From: an uncultured Candidatus Saccharibacteria bacterium
Lineage (GTDB): Bacteria > Patescibacteriota > Saccharimonadia > Saccharimonadales > JAGQNJ01
Direction of reading: 5' to 3'
DNA: 64,000 nt
Assembly (NCBI GenBank): GCA_964602865.1
Contig: CAZRSX010000002.1
Coordinates: 46,872 to 110,871 of the forward strand
Shown here: one piece after another, positions 10,395 through 21,545 of the stretch
Layout of the letters: each line of letters starts with the position of its first letter
Position numbering within the stretch: the first letter of the stretch is position 1
The notes under the pieces: generated by a model
Database searches by the model: none
Seen by the model: the letters and a program-made list of their open reading frames with translations, nothing else
Told to the model about the DNA's origin: nothing
Translations under genes and position numbers: made by a program

Positions 10395-11225
10395 ATGGCA
10401 GAGCATATCCCAAATACAGCAATATGGGCGGATGGCAGTGGCACGACATTTCAAGCAACCGCAGAAGCGATTGCCGAGGGGATTGTTGACTTCGAGATTG
10501 GCGCACTAATAACTGTTGATCCTGAGGCAGAAGTGCTTGAGAGAGTAGCTACCGTAAACAAGCAATATGGACTAGATATAAAACCATACGTGGTAGACGG
10601 GCAGCCGCACAAACGCCAGACCGACAAAAGTGTTGATGAAGTGCTTGAGATTATGGATCGTGATGGAATATATAATCTAAGCCTCATGGGTGGCATGGTA
10701 CTACTAGGCAACCGTCTCATTGATGAGCTGAACGGTGACGTGCCAGAGCAGAACCTGCCGCAGACAATTGATGAGGCGCGAAAGTTGCTTATTGAAGATC
10801 CGGCAGGCGAGGGGTTTCACTTGCCATATAGTTTTTGGCTGGACCCAGGGATAGATACCCCACTTTATAGAATTCGCAACACACACCCTGCACCAACAAT
10901 AGTTACCGCTAACACTCACGGCGAAGGAGCTTATCGTCGGGTTATAGACCTTAGATTGCTGAAGAGCGCTCAGACACTACATATAGTAGGCAAGGGCATT
11001 GACTCTGGGGTCGTGGTTGCAGCTCACGCAGTAACCGTAGATTTGCCGCCAAAGGGTGCCCCATATGCTGTGAGAGAGGCTGCGGTTGAGAAGCTAAAGA
11101 AACGAGTCATGAGGATTGAAAAAGCACATTTACCGCTTGATCTGAACGAGGAGTTTGCACTTCAAGCATTAATGATTGCTTATGAAAAAGAGCATCAAAA
11201 TGAAGAACAAGAAGGGGATACTTAG
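10395..11225 (+). CDS. purN: phosphoribosylglycinamide formyltransferase-like (PurN family) with C-terminal extension
   Basis: IWADGSGTTFQA resembles PurN ISGNGSNLQA; RIRNTHPAPT resembles NIHPSLLP; HIVGKGIDSGVVV resembles HFV..D.G; SD aaggagagg. Confidence 0.55.
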   Translation: MAEHIPNTAIWADGSGTTFQATAEAIAEGIVDFEIGALITVDPEAEVLERVATVNKQYGLDIKPYVVDGQPHKRQTDKSVDEVLEIMDRDGIYNLSLMGGMVLLGNRLIDELNGDVPEQNLPQTIDEARKLLIEDPAGEGFHLPYSFWLDPGIDTPLYRIRNTHPAPTIVTANTHGEGAYRRVIDLRLLKSAQTLHIVGKGIDSGVVVAAHAVTVDLPPKGAPYAVREAAVEKLKKRVMRIEKAHLPLDLNEEFALQALMIAYEKEHQNEEQEGDT

Positions 11226-11228
11226 GTA

Positions 11229-14084
11229 ATGGCTGATATACATGAGATCCGGGTGACACATAACGACCTCCCTCCGGGCAAAAGAATTTCCGCCGAAATG
11301 TCTGGTGAGCTGGTTGAGCTAGAACCCCCAGTAATAGCTGACGTGTATTACGTTAGTGGTACTACAGAAGAACAAGCTTCGCAATTAGCCGTAACTTTGT
11401 TAACAAACCCTGTAACTCAAACATTTGCAGTTGGCCCGCGTGACGATTGGGACGATCCGCACACCGTAGAAATCACCGCTCGAGACGGACTACTTAACCC
11501 AAGCGTGTGGCCAATAATAAAAACTGCTAACCAACTTGGCATTCCAGTTGCCGAGATGGCTCGTGGGCAAGAAACTAGCTTTGACCAGTCTACAATTCCT
11601 GATGAGGTAGCCTCAACTATCGGCCAGATTATGAACAGAGAAACTCAGAAAGTCCGTGAGTCAGCTCCGACGGTACTCACACCAGAGGGCAACCCTCAAC
11701 CAACAAGACAGATAGAAATAGGTTCAATGAGTGATGCTGAACTTGAAGCTCTCAGTAACCAACAACGCTACGGATTGTCGCTAGCCAAAATGAAAGCAGC
11801 GCAGGGCGAGGCTACTAAGAGCTTCGGCGGAAAAATTCCTGAGGGGAACTTACGAGTTCTTGGCCCGTATTGGAGTGACCACTGTCGTCACGAAACCACT
11901 AATGCTGACGCGCTCGTTGATGGAAAAGTAGAGCGATCAGTTTTCGGACGCATACGAGACCACGCTAAAAACTTTTTTGAACATCAGAATGTTGACAGAG
12001 CATTCGATGGCAATGCCGCAATTTTCCACCACAAAACGCCCGATGGTCGTACGGTCTACTACTACATCAAAGGTGAAACGCATAATCACCCAACTATGTT
12101 GGAAGCTTATAGTGGAGTTGCAACTGGGGCTGGAGGCTTGTTGCGTGACATCGTAGCCAACCTAAAGCGTGGAGCAAGACCTATTGTTCAGCACGTCGTC
12201 CTGTCTACCGGCAACCTAGACAAAGCCATTGATAAATTACCAGCCAAGCTTCAAACGCCACTTCAAATTATCAAACGTGGCGTCAAAGCAATCAGCGATT
12301 ACGGCAACCGAGTTGGCGTACCAACTACGAGCACTCAGTTTGTTGGACAGCCTGGCTACGAAGGCAAATCTTCATACCTAGGCGCAGCAGCCGGCAGGAT
12401 GGAAGGACTGACACCGGAAGACTTTGGAGCCACTGCTCAGCCAGGTAATTTATTGTTTGCGGTTGGAGGCAAAACTGGCCTAGATGGTATTGGTGGCGCC
12501 ACCGGTTCCTCTGAAGCTGGCGATGTCGAGACCTTGGCAAAAACTAGTGAAGTACAGACTCCAGATGCATACGAGGAAGTTAAACTGTTCGAAGCAGTGC
12601 TAGAAGCAGGCCAAGCTGGACTAATAGAAGACATGACTGATTGTGGGGCGGGTGGTTATGGATTGGCAGCGGGTGAACTAGGTGAAAAGGTCGGAGTTAT
12701 CTGGGATACTTCGTTACTTCCACTAAAGGCAGCCGATTTTGACGCCCAACTAAAAGCTATTAGCGAATCACAAGAACGTATGGTTTTAGCAGTTGATCCA
12801 GTTAACGCCGAGACGGTACAAGGAATCTTTGACAAGCACGGCTGCGGTGCCGTCGTTATTGGTAAGTTTGGTCACGGCGGAGATAACCCACGCTACACTA
12901 TCATGAACGGTACCGAAGTGGTATCCGACTGGGAATACAGTTTCCTCAATGAGGGTATGCCGCCAATACAACTAGAAGCAAACTACATTCCACCCAAAAT
13001 CGAAGAACGCGTACCAGAAATAACCGACCTGGGCGAAGCCATGAGAAAAGTTCTTGAGCATCACGAAGTCGCTTCAACCGAAGCTGCCGTGCGTCAATAC
13101 GACTATGAAGTGCAGCTGGGTTGTGTGTTAAAACCATTCACCGGTGTGAACCAAGACTGCCGCAACTACGCCTCAGTTACTGCTACTGATATCAGATACA
13201 ACGACGGACTAGTAAGTACTATGTCGGCCAATCCCAGTGTTACCGACTTAGATCCAGAGCGCGGGACCGAATGGGTGGTCGATAACATGATGGCTCAAAT
13301 TGTTGCAGTTGGTGGTGATCCATCACAGGTAAAAGTAAATAACAACTATATTATGCCAAGGCCATCGGATCCTCACGAGTTTGGCAAAATGCATCTATCG
13401 GTAAATCGACTACTTGATAAACTAGGCCGGTTCAAGACTTCGGTTTTCACCGGCAAAGACTCGTGCTCCGGTGAATACACTGATGAAAACGGCAGGGTCA
13501 TCAAAAACCCCTATAACCTAAGTCTGACTGGTTTTGTGCCAATCGACGACATCCGTCAAACAATTAGCGCTGACATCAAAAGCACCGACTCAACGTTAGT
13601 TCTTGTTGGTAATCTAGATACGGCCGGGATGGGCGGATCAGTTCTTTATGACATCTACAAAGGTACCAATACGCATGTGCCATTAAACGATCACGGTATG
13701 AATGACCTGGAATATTTCCAACGAGTACATGCTATAAATAGCCCTGACAATGTACTGTCTTGCGGGGTCGTAGGCAAGGGTGGAATTGCCGCCACTCTTA
13801 GCAATATGTTGTTTGGCGGAGACTGCGGAGCTGACATAACGCTGACCCAAGATAGTAGTCTGGAAAACATACTTTTTAGCGAAACAGCCGGTTGTTTTGT
13901 CATGGAAGTTCCGACTGGCATCGACGTGGAAACTCTGTTTAGCGGATTACCGCATCAAGTTATCGGGAGCACTAAACAAGACAGGGAGCTTACTATCAGA
14001 AACACGTCGGGCCAAAGCTTTTCGCAGCAGCTAGATGAACTCCGTAATGCATGGAAACAACGCTACGAGGAGGTTTTTGCATGA
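11229..14084 (+). CDS. purL: phosphoribosylformylglycinamidine synthase, PurS-PurL fusion
   Basis: 951 aa; two PurS-like repeats at N-terminus, then AIR-synthase-related domains of PurL. Confidence 0.85.
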   Translation: MADIHEIRVTHNDLPPGKRISAEMSGELVELEPPVIADVYYVSGTTEEQASQLAVTLLTNPVTQTFAVGPRDDWDDPHTVEITARDGLLNPSVWPIIKTANQLGIPVAEMARGQETSFDQSTIPDEVASTIGQIMNRETQKVRESAPTVLTPEGNPQPTRQIEIGSMSDAELEALSNQQRYGLSLAKMKAAQGEATKSFGGKIPEGNLRVLGPYWSDHCRHETTNADALVDGKVERSVFGRIRDHAKNFFEHQNVDRAFDGNAAIFHHKTPDGRTVYYYIKGETHNHPTMLEAYSGVATGAGGLLRDIVANLKRGARPIVQHVVLSTGNLDKAIDKLPAKLQTPLQIIKRGVKAISDYGNRVGVPTTSTQFVGQPGYEGKSSYLGAAAGRMEGLTPEDFGATAQPGNLLFAVGGKTGLDGIGGATGSSEAGDVETLAKTSEVQTPDAYEEVKLFEAVLEAGQAGLIEDMTDCGAGGYGLAAGELGEKVGVIWDTSLLPLKAADFDAQLKAISESQERMVLAVDPVNAETVQGIFDKHGCGAVVIGKFGHGGDNPRYTIMNGTEVVSDWEYSFLNEGMPPIQLEANYIPPKIEERVPEITDLGEAMRKVLEHHEVASTEAAVRQYDYEVQLGCVLKPFTGVNQDCRNYASVTATDIRYNDGLVSTMSANPSVTDLDPERGTEWVVDNMMAQIVAVGGDPSQVKVNNNYIMPRPSDPHEFGKMHLSVNRLLDKLGRFKTSVFTGKDSCSGEYTDENGRVIKNPYNLSLTGFVPIDDIRQTISADIKSTDSTLVLVGNLDTAGMGGSVLYDIYKGTNTHVPLNDHGMNDLEYFQRVHAINSPDNVLSCGVVGKGGIAATLSNMLFGGDCGADITLTQDSSLENILFSETAGCFVMEVPTGIDVETLFSGLPHQVIGSTKQDRELTIRNTSGQSFSQQLDELRNAWKQRYEEVFA

Positions 14085-14887
14085 GCCTAAACCCAGAGAT
14101 CTGCATTATGTACGAGTCTGGTTCAAACTGTAAGGGCGATATAGTTCAGGCTCTGGAGCGTAACCCAGATGTCACTGCTACACCAGTACATGTCAATACA
14201 TTTTTGGCTGGCGAGGCAAACCTAGATGATTTCCAAGGTTTAATTTTCCCGGGCGGCTTCAGTTACGGCGACATTATTCGAGCTGGTGCACTGTTTGCTG
14301 CCAACATCCGAAGCAACCCTAGTTTAGTGGACCAGCTCAATCGTTTTGTGAAAGCCCGCAAACCAATCGGGGGCAACTGTAACGGCTTTCAAGTTCTAGC
14401 GGAGCTTGGGCTATTACCCGACAGTCATGTACTCGAACCGGGTGAGCAGCAAATGACGCTAGCACCAAATAAAAATAGGAAGTTCGAATGCCGCTGGGCA
14501 AAAATGGTAGTCGAAGATTCTAAATGCTTGTTTATTCCAAAAGAGCTTGTTGGTCAGGTAGTAGAGTTTCCGGTAGCACACGCCGAAGGTCGGCTCGTAG
14601 CACGTGACCCTGGGCTTTTCGTCCAACTTCGTCAGGCAGGACAAGTTGCCCTTAGTTATTGCGACGCTCAGGGCAACCCTACTGAAGAATCTCCAGCTAA
14701 CCCCAACGGTTCACCCGGTGGTATAACCGGTGTCTGTACTGAAACAATCTTTGGCATGATGCCACACGACGAGCGTTTTTCACGCCGGGAACATCACCCA
14801 AACTGGAGACGGTCGGAAACGATTTTTAGTGAAGAATTTTTAACCAGAATTACATCTGGTATGGTAGATTACGCCAAAGAAATCTAA
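14081..14887 (+). CDS. purQ: phosphoribosylformylglycinamidine synthase glutaminase subunit PurQ
   Basis: GGFSYGD motif, class I amidotransferase; ATGA overlap with purL stop. Confidence 0.85.
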   Translation: MSLNPEICIMYESGSNCKGDIVQALERNPDVTATPVHVNTFLAGEANLDDFQGLIFPGGFSYGDIIRAGALFAANIRSNPSLVDQLNRFVKARKPIGGNCNGFQVLAELGLLPDSHVLEPGEQQMTLAPNKNRKFECRWAKMVVEDSKCLFIPKELVGQVVEFPVAHAEGRLVARDPGLFVQLRQAGQVALSYCDAQGNPTEESPANPNGSPGGITGVCTETIFGMMPHDERFSRREHHPNWRRSETIFSEEFLTRITSGMVDYAKEI

Positions 14888-14896
14888 GGAGGGTAT

Positions 14897-16040
14897 ATGG
14901 CAGCAGAACAAAGACCGGTAGAACCTGAACAGCAAGTAGGTCAAGGTTCGGGAGCTATGGATTACACAACCATGGTTGACCACGAAAAGATGGATCCCTA
15001 CAAAGTACGCGCGACCACCGCGGCTACGACAACTTCAGGAAATGCTGCCTTACATGGATTTACAGTCTATGAAGAGAGTCGTGGTGAATCAGCATTTGTA
15101 TGGGATGAAGGAGATAGGTTGCGCGCTGGAGTAATTGAAGGGCTAGGCACTAAAAACCTTGTGGCCGACGAAGTTGATGCCGCTCACCCAGGAGAACCTT
15201 CGAAGTACTACGCTATAGCTCAAGACAGTATGGCCATGATTGCTAATGACCTGGTTGCTTCAGGTGCCTTGCCACAGTTCTTTTGGGTTCACACATCTGC
15301 AGGTAGTTCAGATTGGTTTACTGATGAGCGTACCACCGGAGCTTTCATAGACGGCTGTAGGGATGTGTGCGATGACGTAGGTGCTACATGGGGCGGGGGA
15401 GAGTCTCCAACCTTAAAAGGTATCCTGCTTCCAGACGCTGCCGAGATCTCCGGCTTTATGCTTGGCGAAATCAGACCCAGGGAGAACTATGTGCAGGACG
15501 GTAATTTAGAAGAAGGCGATCGAATAATCGTTGTTCCAAGTAGTGGCATCCATGCCAATGGCCTCACAGCTGCACGAGAAATAGCCGACCAATTACCAGA
15601 GCGTTACGATACACTCTTAGAAGACGGTACTAGTTATGGGGAAGCCTTGTTGCAACCAACAGTCTTGTACGTAGATGCTGTTCGGGCTATTCAGGAGGCA
15701 GGAATTCGCGTTAAAAGGTTTGAAAACATCACAGGCCATGGATGGCGTAAATTTATGCGATCTACTCAGGAATTCACTTACAGGATGCATACCGTTCCGG
15801 AAGGAAATGCCTCTATTCAAATTTATGCGAGAGCAGATGCAGGCTGATGATACAGAAATGTTTAAGCACTACAATAATGGAGCTGGTTTTGCTATATATG
15901 CCGCCGCTCATCTTGTTGATGATGTTCTGTCAACTGTACCTGGATCATTTGAGACAGGACAAGTGGAGAGGGGGCCAAAACAAGTGATCATTGAGCCCAA
16001 AAAGATTATATTTGAGGGCCATACTCTGGGCGTTCGCTAG
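14897..16040 (+). pseudogene. purM: phosphoribosylformylglycinamidine cyclo-ligase PurM, apparent +1 frameshift near 15800-15815
   Basis: frame A 14897..15847 has GLGTKN, MIANDLV, SSGIHANG motifs; C-terminus EMFKHYNNGAGF continues in another frame (15675..16040). Confidence 0.6.
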
Positions 16041-16081
16041 TCTAAATAATATTGAGCTAATTCTTCTGTTAGGTGCCTGGA

Positions 16082-16792
16082 TTAAGCACCGGCTTGATAT
16101 ACCAAATCGTCTGGATTGGGAACATGCAAAATATCAGGTCGTACACCTATATATGCAAGGCGAGGCACTACAAGGGCGTCGGCGCCAAAATGCTCTCTGG
16201 TATGCGCGCCAGTTTCCACACCAATAAATTGCCAGCCTGCGTCAGTTGCAGCTGCCTGGTCTTTTATGTCATCGCCGATATAAACTGTGTCATCTGGATG
16301 AATACCGAGACGCCCAAGCTCACGTTTAGCATGGTCAAATACTCTACCATCGGGTTTATGGAAAGGAGCCGTCTCTTCAGACCCGTGTATAAATAGGAAA
16401 CCGTCAGGATCAATACCGGCAGTAATTAGTTCAGAGCGTGTTAAGCCTGCGTTGTGAGAAGTGACTTTAGCATAGGGAATACCCGCTATATCGAGTCTAT
16501 GAAGAAAATCACTATAGTCATCCTGAGCAATCTTAGGATAGTCGGGTTCTAGTCGCCTAAATGTTGCCTTAAAGCCCTCTACGCTATCCGCATCGCCATA
16601 AAGCATAGTCAACTGTATTTCAAATGAGGTGCCCCAGCTCTCGTCAAGCTGTTCTGTGGTTATTTCAAGCCCGTACTCTTGTCCTAGGGCAATCATGTGT
16701 GGATATTTTGTTTTTCTGGTGACCATGCCTGTGTCGTCGTGATCAAAAACAACAGCCGCACATTCTATGTTTCTTCCCTCAAAATCCAGCAT
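16082..16792 (-). CDS. HAD superfamily hydrolase
   Basis: motif I VVFDHDDTG, motif IV YIGDDIKD; ATG at 16792 preferred over TTG at 16822. Confidence 0.7.
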   Translation of the reverse strand: MLDFEGRNIECAAVVFDHDDTGMVTRKTKYPHMIALGQEYGLEITTEQLDESWGTSFEIQLTMLYGDADSVEGFKATFRRLEPDYPKIAQDDYSDFLHRLDIAGIPYAKVTSHNAGLTRSELITAGIDPDGFLFIHGSEETAPFHKPDGRVFDHAKRELGRLGIHPDDTVYIGDDIKDQAAATDAGWQFIGVETGAHTREHFGADALVVPRLAYIGVRPDILHVPNPDDLVYQAGA

Positions 16793-16835
16793 TTCTATAT
16801 TTTTGCACAATGTCAGCCACAAAGCAAATAATGGC

Positions 16836-17405
16836 TCAATTTGTAATATGCTTATGTATGAGCTCCAGCCGATTATTCACTGTATCTTTTGGCACAAAAA
16901 TAATCTCGTATCCAGCCTCTTCATACACTCTACGAAAGATATCCTGCATCTTTTTTGCTGTTTCTTCAGTTTCAATGCGAACTCCGTCATCTTCGTATTC
17001 AAGCAACTCCAACAGAAATACTTTCCCATAAGAGGCTTGTTGGCACCATTTTTTTATCTTCGGCGTAATTGACCAGCCGTAATATTTAAAGTAGGCGAGT
17101 GTATCTAAAACACCCCTGTCAAAAATAATTGTTTGTTCATTATCCAGGGTAGATTCTCTTTGCGTCTGCATCTTCACCCAAGCTTCTTCAAATTCAATAG
17201 AATCAACGTTGATATCGTCTAAAGTTTTGCCTTTAGCCATTTCTTGATCAATAAGCTTGCGGCCCATTTCTTCGATAGTATGATAACCAAGTTTTGCAAG
17301 CTCATCTATAATCGTACTTTTACCAGCGCTGGGCGCACCCGTAATAACATGCCAGTTCGCTTTGCTCGACTTATTTTTCATGGTTTTTTCAGGAATTTTT
17401 TCCAA
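16836..17405 (-). CDS. AAA_28 family P-loop ATPase/kinase, paralog of 9727..10278
   Basis: ITGAPSAGKSTI, LGYHTIEEMGR. Confidence 0.7.
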   Translation of the reverse strand: MEKIPEKTMKNKSSKANWHVITGAPSAGKSTIIDELAKLGYHTIEEMGRKLIDQEMAKGKTLDDINVDSIEFEEAWVKMQTQRESTLDNEQTIIFDRGVLDTLAYFKYYGWSITPKIKKWCQQASYGKVFLLELLEYEDDGVRIETEETAKKMQDIFRRVYEEAGYEIIFVPKDTVNNRLELIHKHITN

Positions 17406-17899
17406 TTACCAGCCTTGGCTACTGCGTCTTTCTCAAGTACTGCATTGGCCATTTCTTCTCGTGATTGTATGTAACGAGCCTGCAGCTCTGGATCGTTTAG
17501 GCTTAGAATCCGTATTGCAAGCTGGGCGGCCTGCATCGCACCGTTTTCTGGCATTGTTGCCAGTGGTACGCCTTTTGGCATATCGATCATCGAGCCGAGG
17601 GCGTTAGGAGCATGATCAGGGCGTTTGACTGGTACGCCAATGACGGGTAGGTGAGTATAGGCAGCCAACATACCCGGCAAATGGGCAGAGCCGCCAGCAC
17701 CAGCGATAATGACTTGTAACCCGCGCTTTGCAGCTGTTTTTCCATACTCAGCCATTGCATCGGGCGTTCTGTGGGCAGAGATAAATCTCACCTCAAAAGG
17801 CACGCCAAAATCTTCAAAAACAGAAGCAGCCGGACTCATGACATCTAAGTCTGAGTCTGACCCCATTGCAATTCCGACGACTGGTTGTTTCTCTGGCAT
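17378..17899 (-). CDS. purE: N5-carboxyaminoimidazole ribonucleotide mutase
   Basis: AGGSAHLPGMLAAYTHLPVIGVPV. Confidence 0.9.
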   Translation of the reverse strand: MPEKQPVVGIAMGSDSDLDVMSPAASVFEDFGVPFEVRFISAHRTPDAMAEYGKTAAKRGLQVIIAGAGGSAHLPGMLAAYTHLPVIGVPVKRPDHAPNALGSMIDMPKGVPLATMPENGAMQAAQLAIRILSLNDPELQARYIQSREEMANAVLEKDAVAKAGNWKKFLKKP

Positions 17900-17921
17900 A
17901 AACCCTCCTATCTAAGCTTCA

Positions 17922-19064
17922 TTATATACGTATTTTGCGCAGTGCGCGCTTTGCTCGTGATCGAACTTCCTTTGTGTTATCACCAACCACCGTGATATGG
18001 CCCATTTTGCGAGCTTTTTTGGTTGGCGACTTGCCATACAGATGTATACTTGTCCGCTCGTTTGACAGTACTCCGGCGCGCCCGCTGACATCGACTGCAC
18101 CGTCACGCTCGCCAAGGATATTCACCATCGCTGCAGCCGGCACCTTCAGCCCCGTATTACCAAGCGGGAGGCCAGTCACTGATCGAATGTGCTGTTCAAA
18201 TTGTGATGTGTAGCAGGCTTCAATCGTCAAGTGCCCGGAGTTGTGCACCCGCGGGGCGATCTCGTTAACCAGCACACGGCCGTCACGGGTTAAGAACATT
18301 TCTATCGCAAACACACCAGCACCACGCAACAGCTCGGCGGTCTGGTGCGCAATTTTATAGGCACCAGCGGCCTGCTTTTTATCAATCGCCGCGGGAGCTA
18401 TGACCTCTGTACATATGTTGTCTTTGTGGACTGTTTCAACTACCGGATAGACCTCTACATCGCCACTGGTACTGCGTGCGACAATAGCGGCCAGCTCCTT
18501 CTTAAACGGCACAAATCTCTCTGCGTAGAGCTGCGCGTTGCCAAACTTAGCGAAGGCTTCTGGTATATCTTTTTCGTTTTTTATCAGCATATTGCCACGG
18601 CCATCATAGGCACCGTGCCGTGTTTTGAGTAATATCTTGCCGCCAAACTGCTTCAGTGCGTTTCGCGCGTCGGCCTGGGTGGCAATTTCAACAAAGTCGG
18701 CAATCGGCACGCTACCCAGTTGCAGCAGCTGCTTTTGATGTAATTTATCCTGGATAATCCTGGTTGTGGCTGGGGCGGGGTGGACAGGCGTCCCATTCGC
18801 CTCGATCTCGGCCAGTGCCGCTGTATCCATATGTTCAATTTCGATGGTCACCACATCCGATTGCTCGGCAAGCAACCGCAGAGCTGACTCGTCATACAGG
18901 TCAGCTACAATTTGCTTGGCACCAACCTGCGCGGCGGGGCAGTCAGCTCCAGGGTCAACCACAATAACATCAAATCCGAGCGGCTTTGCTGCAAGCGTCA
19001 ACATCCGTCCAAGTTGCCCACCACCGACGATACCGATGGTCTTCCCGTTCATTGCATATATCAT
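17922..19064 (-). CDS. purK: N5-carboxyaminoimidazole ribonucleotide synthase (ATP-grasp)
   Basis: [14 protein letters not shown] and ATP-grasp body. Confidence 0.85.
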   Translation of the reverse strand: MIYAMNGKTIGIVGGGQLGRMLTLAAKPLGFDVIVVDPGADCPAAQVGAKQIVADLYDESALRLLAEQSDVVTIEIEHMDTAALAEIEANGTPVHPAPATTRIIQDKLHQKQLLQLGSVPIADFVEIATQADARNALKQFGGKILLKTRHGAYDGRGNMLIKNEKDIPEAFAKFGNAQLYAERFVPFKKELAAIVARSTSGDVEVYPVVETVHKDNICTEVIAPAAIDKKQAAGAYKIAHQTAELLRGAGVFAIEMFLTRDGRVLVNEIAPRVHNSGHLTIEACYTSQFEQHIRSVTGLPLGNTGLKVPAAAMVNILGERDGAVDVSGRAGVLSNERTSIHLYGKSPTKKARKMGHITVVGDNTKEVRSRAKRALRKIRI

Positions 19065-19107
19065 AACTCATTTTGCAGTTTTCTATCACCCAGTTACAAT
19101 AGTTTTT

Positions 19108-20064
19108 ATGAGTGATCCGGTTATTAAGGAGACGAGCTTCGCGTTACCTGGGCAAACAGACTTTCAAAAGGGAAGTGTGCGGGATATTTACACGGTGCGG
19201 GATGCATATCTTGCAATGGTTGTGACTGACCGCATCTCAGCTTTTGACGTACTCCTGCCAAAAGCGATTCCGTACAAAGGCCAGGTTCTCAGCCAAATTG
19301 CTACACATTTTTTAACCGCCACAAAAGACATTGTACCGAACTGGCTTATAGAATCGCCCGACCCCAATGTAGTGATCGGTCATAAGTGCGAGCCATACAA
19401 AATTGAAATGGTTATCCGCGGCTATCTCGTAGGCCATGCCTGGCGGGAATACAAGGCCGGTAAACGCACGCTTTGTGGCGCGACCATGCCAGACGGGTTG
19501 CGTGAAAATGATAAATTTCCAGAACCAATTATCACGCCAGCAACACATGCTGAGACAGGACATGACGAAGATATTTCGCCAGAAGAAATTGTTAGACAAG
19601 GCATCATTCCGGCAAACGACTACGCAAAGATTGAAGAGTATACCCGAAAACTATACCAGCGCGGCAGTGAACTCGCAGCCAAACAGGGCCTCATGCTAGT
19701 AGACACGAAATACGAATTTGGCAAGAAGGACGGCCAGCTTTACCTGATTGATGAAATCCATACTCCTGATTCTTCTCGGTATTTCTATGCAGACGGCTAC
19801 GAAGCGGGGCAACAGACAGGCGAGCGTCCCCATCAACTCTCTAAGGAGTTTGTGCGAGAGTGGCTCATAGACCACGGATTTCAAGGACAAGCGGGGCAAC
19901 AAGTACCAGATATACCCAAGGAGTTTGTGCATGAAATCTCTGAACGCTATATTGAACTTTACGAAAAGCTGACCGGTAAAAAATTCCAGAAGCCAAGCCA
20001 GCACGAGAACCTGCTGGAACGAATCGAAACAAATATTAACGGTGCACTGGCACGGCTCGCATGA
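19108..20064 (+). CDS. purC: SAICAR synthetase
   Basis: GSVRDIYTV...[12 protein letters not shown]; ATG 19108 chosen because upstream ORF part is antisense to purK; TACAAT 7 nt upstream. Confidence 0.85.
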   Translation: MSDPVIKETSFALPGQTDFQKGSVRDIYTVRDAYLAMVVTDRISAFDVLLPKAIPYKGQVLSQIATHFLTATKDIVPNWLIESPDPNVVIGHKCEPYKIEMVIRGYLVGHAWREYKAGKRTLCGATMPDGLRENDKFPEPIITPATHAETGHDEDISPEEIVRQGIIPANDYAKIEEYTRKLYQRGSELAAKQGLMLVDTKYEFGKKDGQLYLIDEIHTPDSSRYFYADGYEAGQQTGERPHQLSKEFVREWLIDHGFQGQAGQQVPDIPKEFVHEISERYIELYEKLTGKKFQKPSQHENLLERIETNINGALARLA

Positions 20065-21470
20065 ATCGGCCGCTCAAACCTCTCACGATAAAACAACAGC
20101 GTGGGCAACTTTCTTACGACGGCATCGACCCGATGGACGGCCGCTATTTTGATAGCGAGACGGCTCAGTATTTATCGGAGCGCAGCCGCGTCGCGTACCA
20201 AGCCTACGTCGAAGCAGCCTTAGCACACACCTTGGCAGACTTTGACATTTGCGGCCGCTCGGTTGCCAACGAGATAGAGCAGTCCGCCCGCAACGTGACC
20301 ATTGAGGCTGTGTATAAAGAAGAGAAAACCACCAAGCACGACATCAAGGCGCTGGCAAACTGCATCAAGGCCGGGCTGAGCACCGAAGCAAAGCCGTATG
20401 TACACTTTGGAGCAACATCGTATGACATTATTGTGACCGCTCAAGCCCTCCAGTTCCGTGACGCAGCCCAACGGCTGGTGGTTCCACGCCTCAAACACCT
20501 TATCAAGACATTGATTGCCATCAGCGAAAATTACGCCGAGACAATTCAGATTGGGCGGACACATGGACAACATGCCTTGCCTATAACGTTTGGCTTTGCT
20601 ATCGCCGAGTACGTCCAGCGGCTCAGCGATAGTACGAAGGCGCTCGAAGCCCTGAGCAGGGAATTGTATGGTAAGTTTTCGGGTGCCGTTGGTGCATACA
20701 ACGCGCTGAGTGTATTTGTCGATAATCCTGTGTCGTTCGAGAAATCGCTACTGGCAAAAGTGGGTCTTAAGCCTGCGCCATACTCGACCCAAATCGCACC
20801 ACCTGAAGCTGTTATTCGCTTGATTGATGAGCTCGTTATTGTTGGTGGCATCATGGCCAACCTGTCCCATGACATGCGCCACTTGCAACGCAGCGAAATC
20901 GCCGAAGTCCGTGAGAAGTTCGAGAAAGGGCAGACCGGTTCGTCTACCATGGCGCACAAGCGTAACCCCTGGAACTTCGAAAATGTCATTAGCATGCACA
21001 AGCAAGTACTCGCCCAGAGTGTCAACGCCAACCTTAATATAGCCAGCGAACACCAGCGCGACTTGACCGACTCTGCCTCGTCGCGTTTTTATCCGCTCGC
21101 ATTTGCAAGCGTCGCCTCAATGGCCAAGCGACTAGACTCAGTCATGCAAAAACTGGAAGTCGATGAAGACAACATGCGTCGCAATTTGTTACTGACCAGC
21201 GGCGCAATCGCTGCTGAGCCACTCTATTTGTTGCTGGCAAAACACGGCCATGTCCGAGCACATGAAAAAGCCAAAGAACTTGCCCATCAGGCACTGGAAG
21301 CTGGTGTCAGTTTGGTCGAGATAATCGAGCAAGACAAGGAAGCACACGGCTACTGGCAACAGCTCAGCAGGCAAGAACAGCGGGTCATTGTTGAGCCAGA
21401 GAAATATTACACCGGCCAGGCCGCTAAAAAAGCCCGAGCCATCTGCAAAACTTGGAAGCGCTGGCTGTAG
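20061..21470 (+). CDS. purB: adenylosuccinate lyase
   Basis: fumarate-lyase family, 469 aa; ATGA overlap with purC. Confidence 0.88.
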   Translation: MNRPLKPLTIKQQRGQLSYDGIDPMDGRYFDSETAQYLSERSRVAYQAYVEAALAHTLADFDICGRSVANEIEQSARNVTIEAVYKEEKTTKHDIKALANCIKAGLSTEAKPYVHFGATSYDIIVTAQALQFRDAAQRLVVPRLKHLIKTLIAISENYAETIQIGRTHGQHALPITFGFAIAEYVQRLSDSTKALEALSRELYGKFSGAVGAYNALSVFVDNPVSFEKSLLAKVGLKPAPYSTQIAPPEAVIRLIDELVIVGGIMANLSHDMRHLQRSEIAEVREKFEKGQTGSSTMAHKRNPWNFENVISMHKQVLAQSVNANLNIASEHQRDLTDSASSRFYPLAFASVASMAKRLDSVMQKLEVDEDNMRRNLLLTSGAIAAEPLYLLLAKHGHVRAHEKAKELAHQALEAGVSLVEIIEQDKEAHGYWQQLSRQEQRVIVEPEKYYTGQAAKKARAICKTWKRWL

Positions 21471-21545
21471 CCAAACCACTCATGCTTGCATTGCAGCTAA
21501 AGCCATAAGATACTCGTTATAACTATTTAAGTAGAGGAGTCCGTA

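Noticed and set aside
18766-19107. Long ORF 18766..20064 (432 aa) suggesting a large N-terminal extension of PurC
   Set aside because: The first 114 codons are antisense to purK and low complexity. The PurC homology starts at ATG 19108, which also has a TACAAT box 7 nt upstream.
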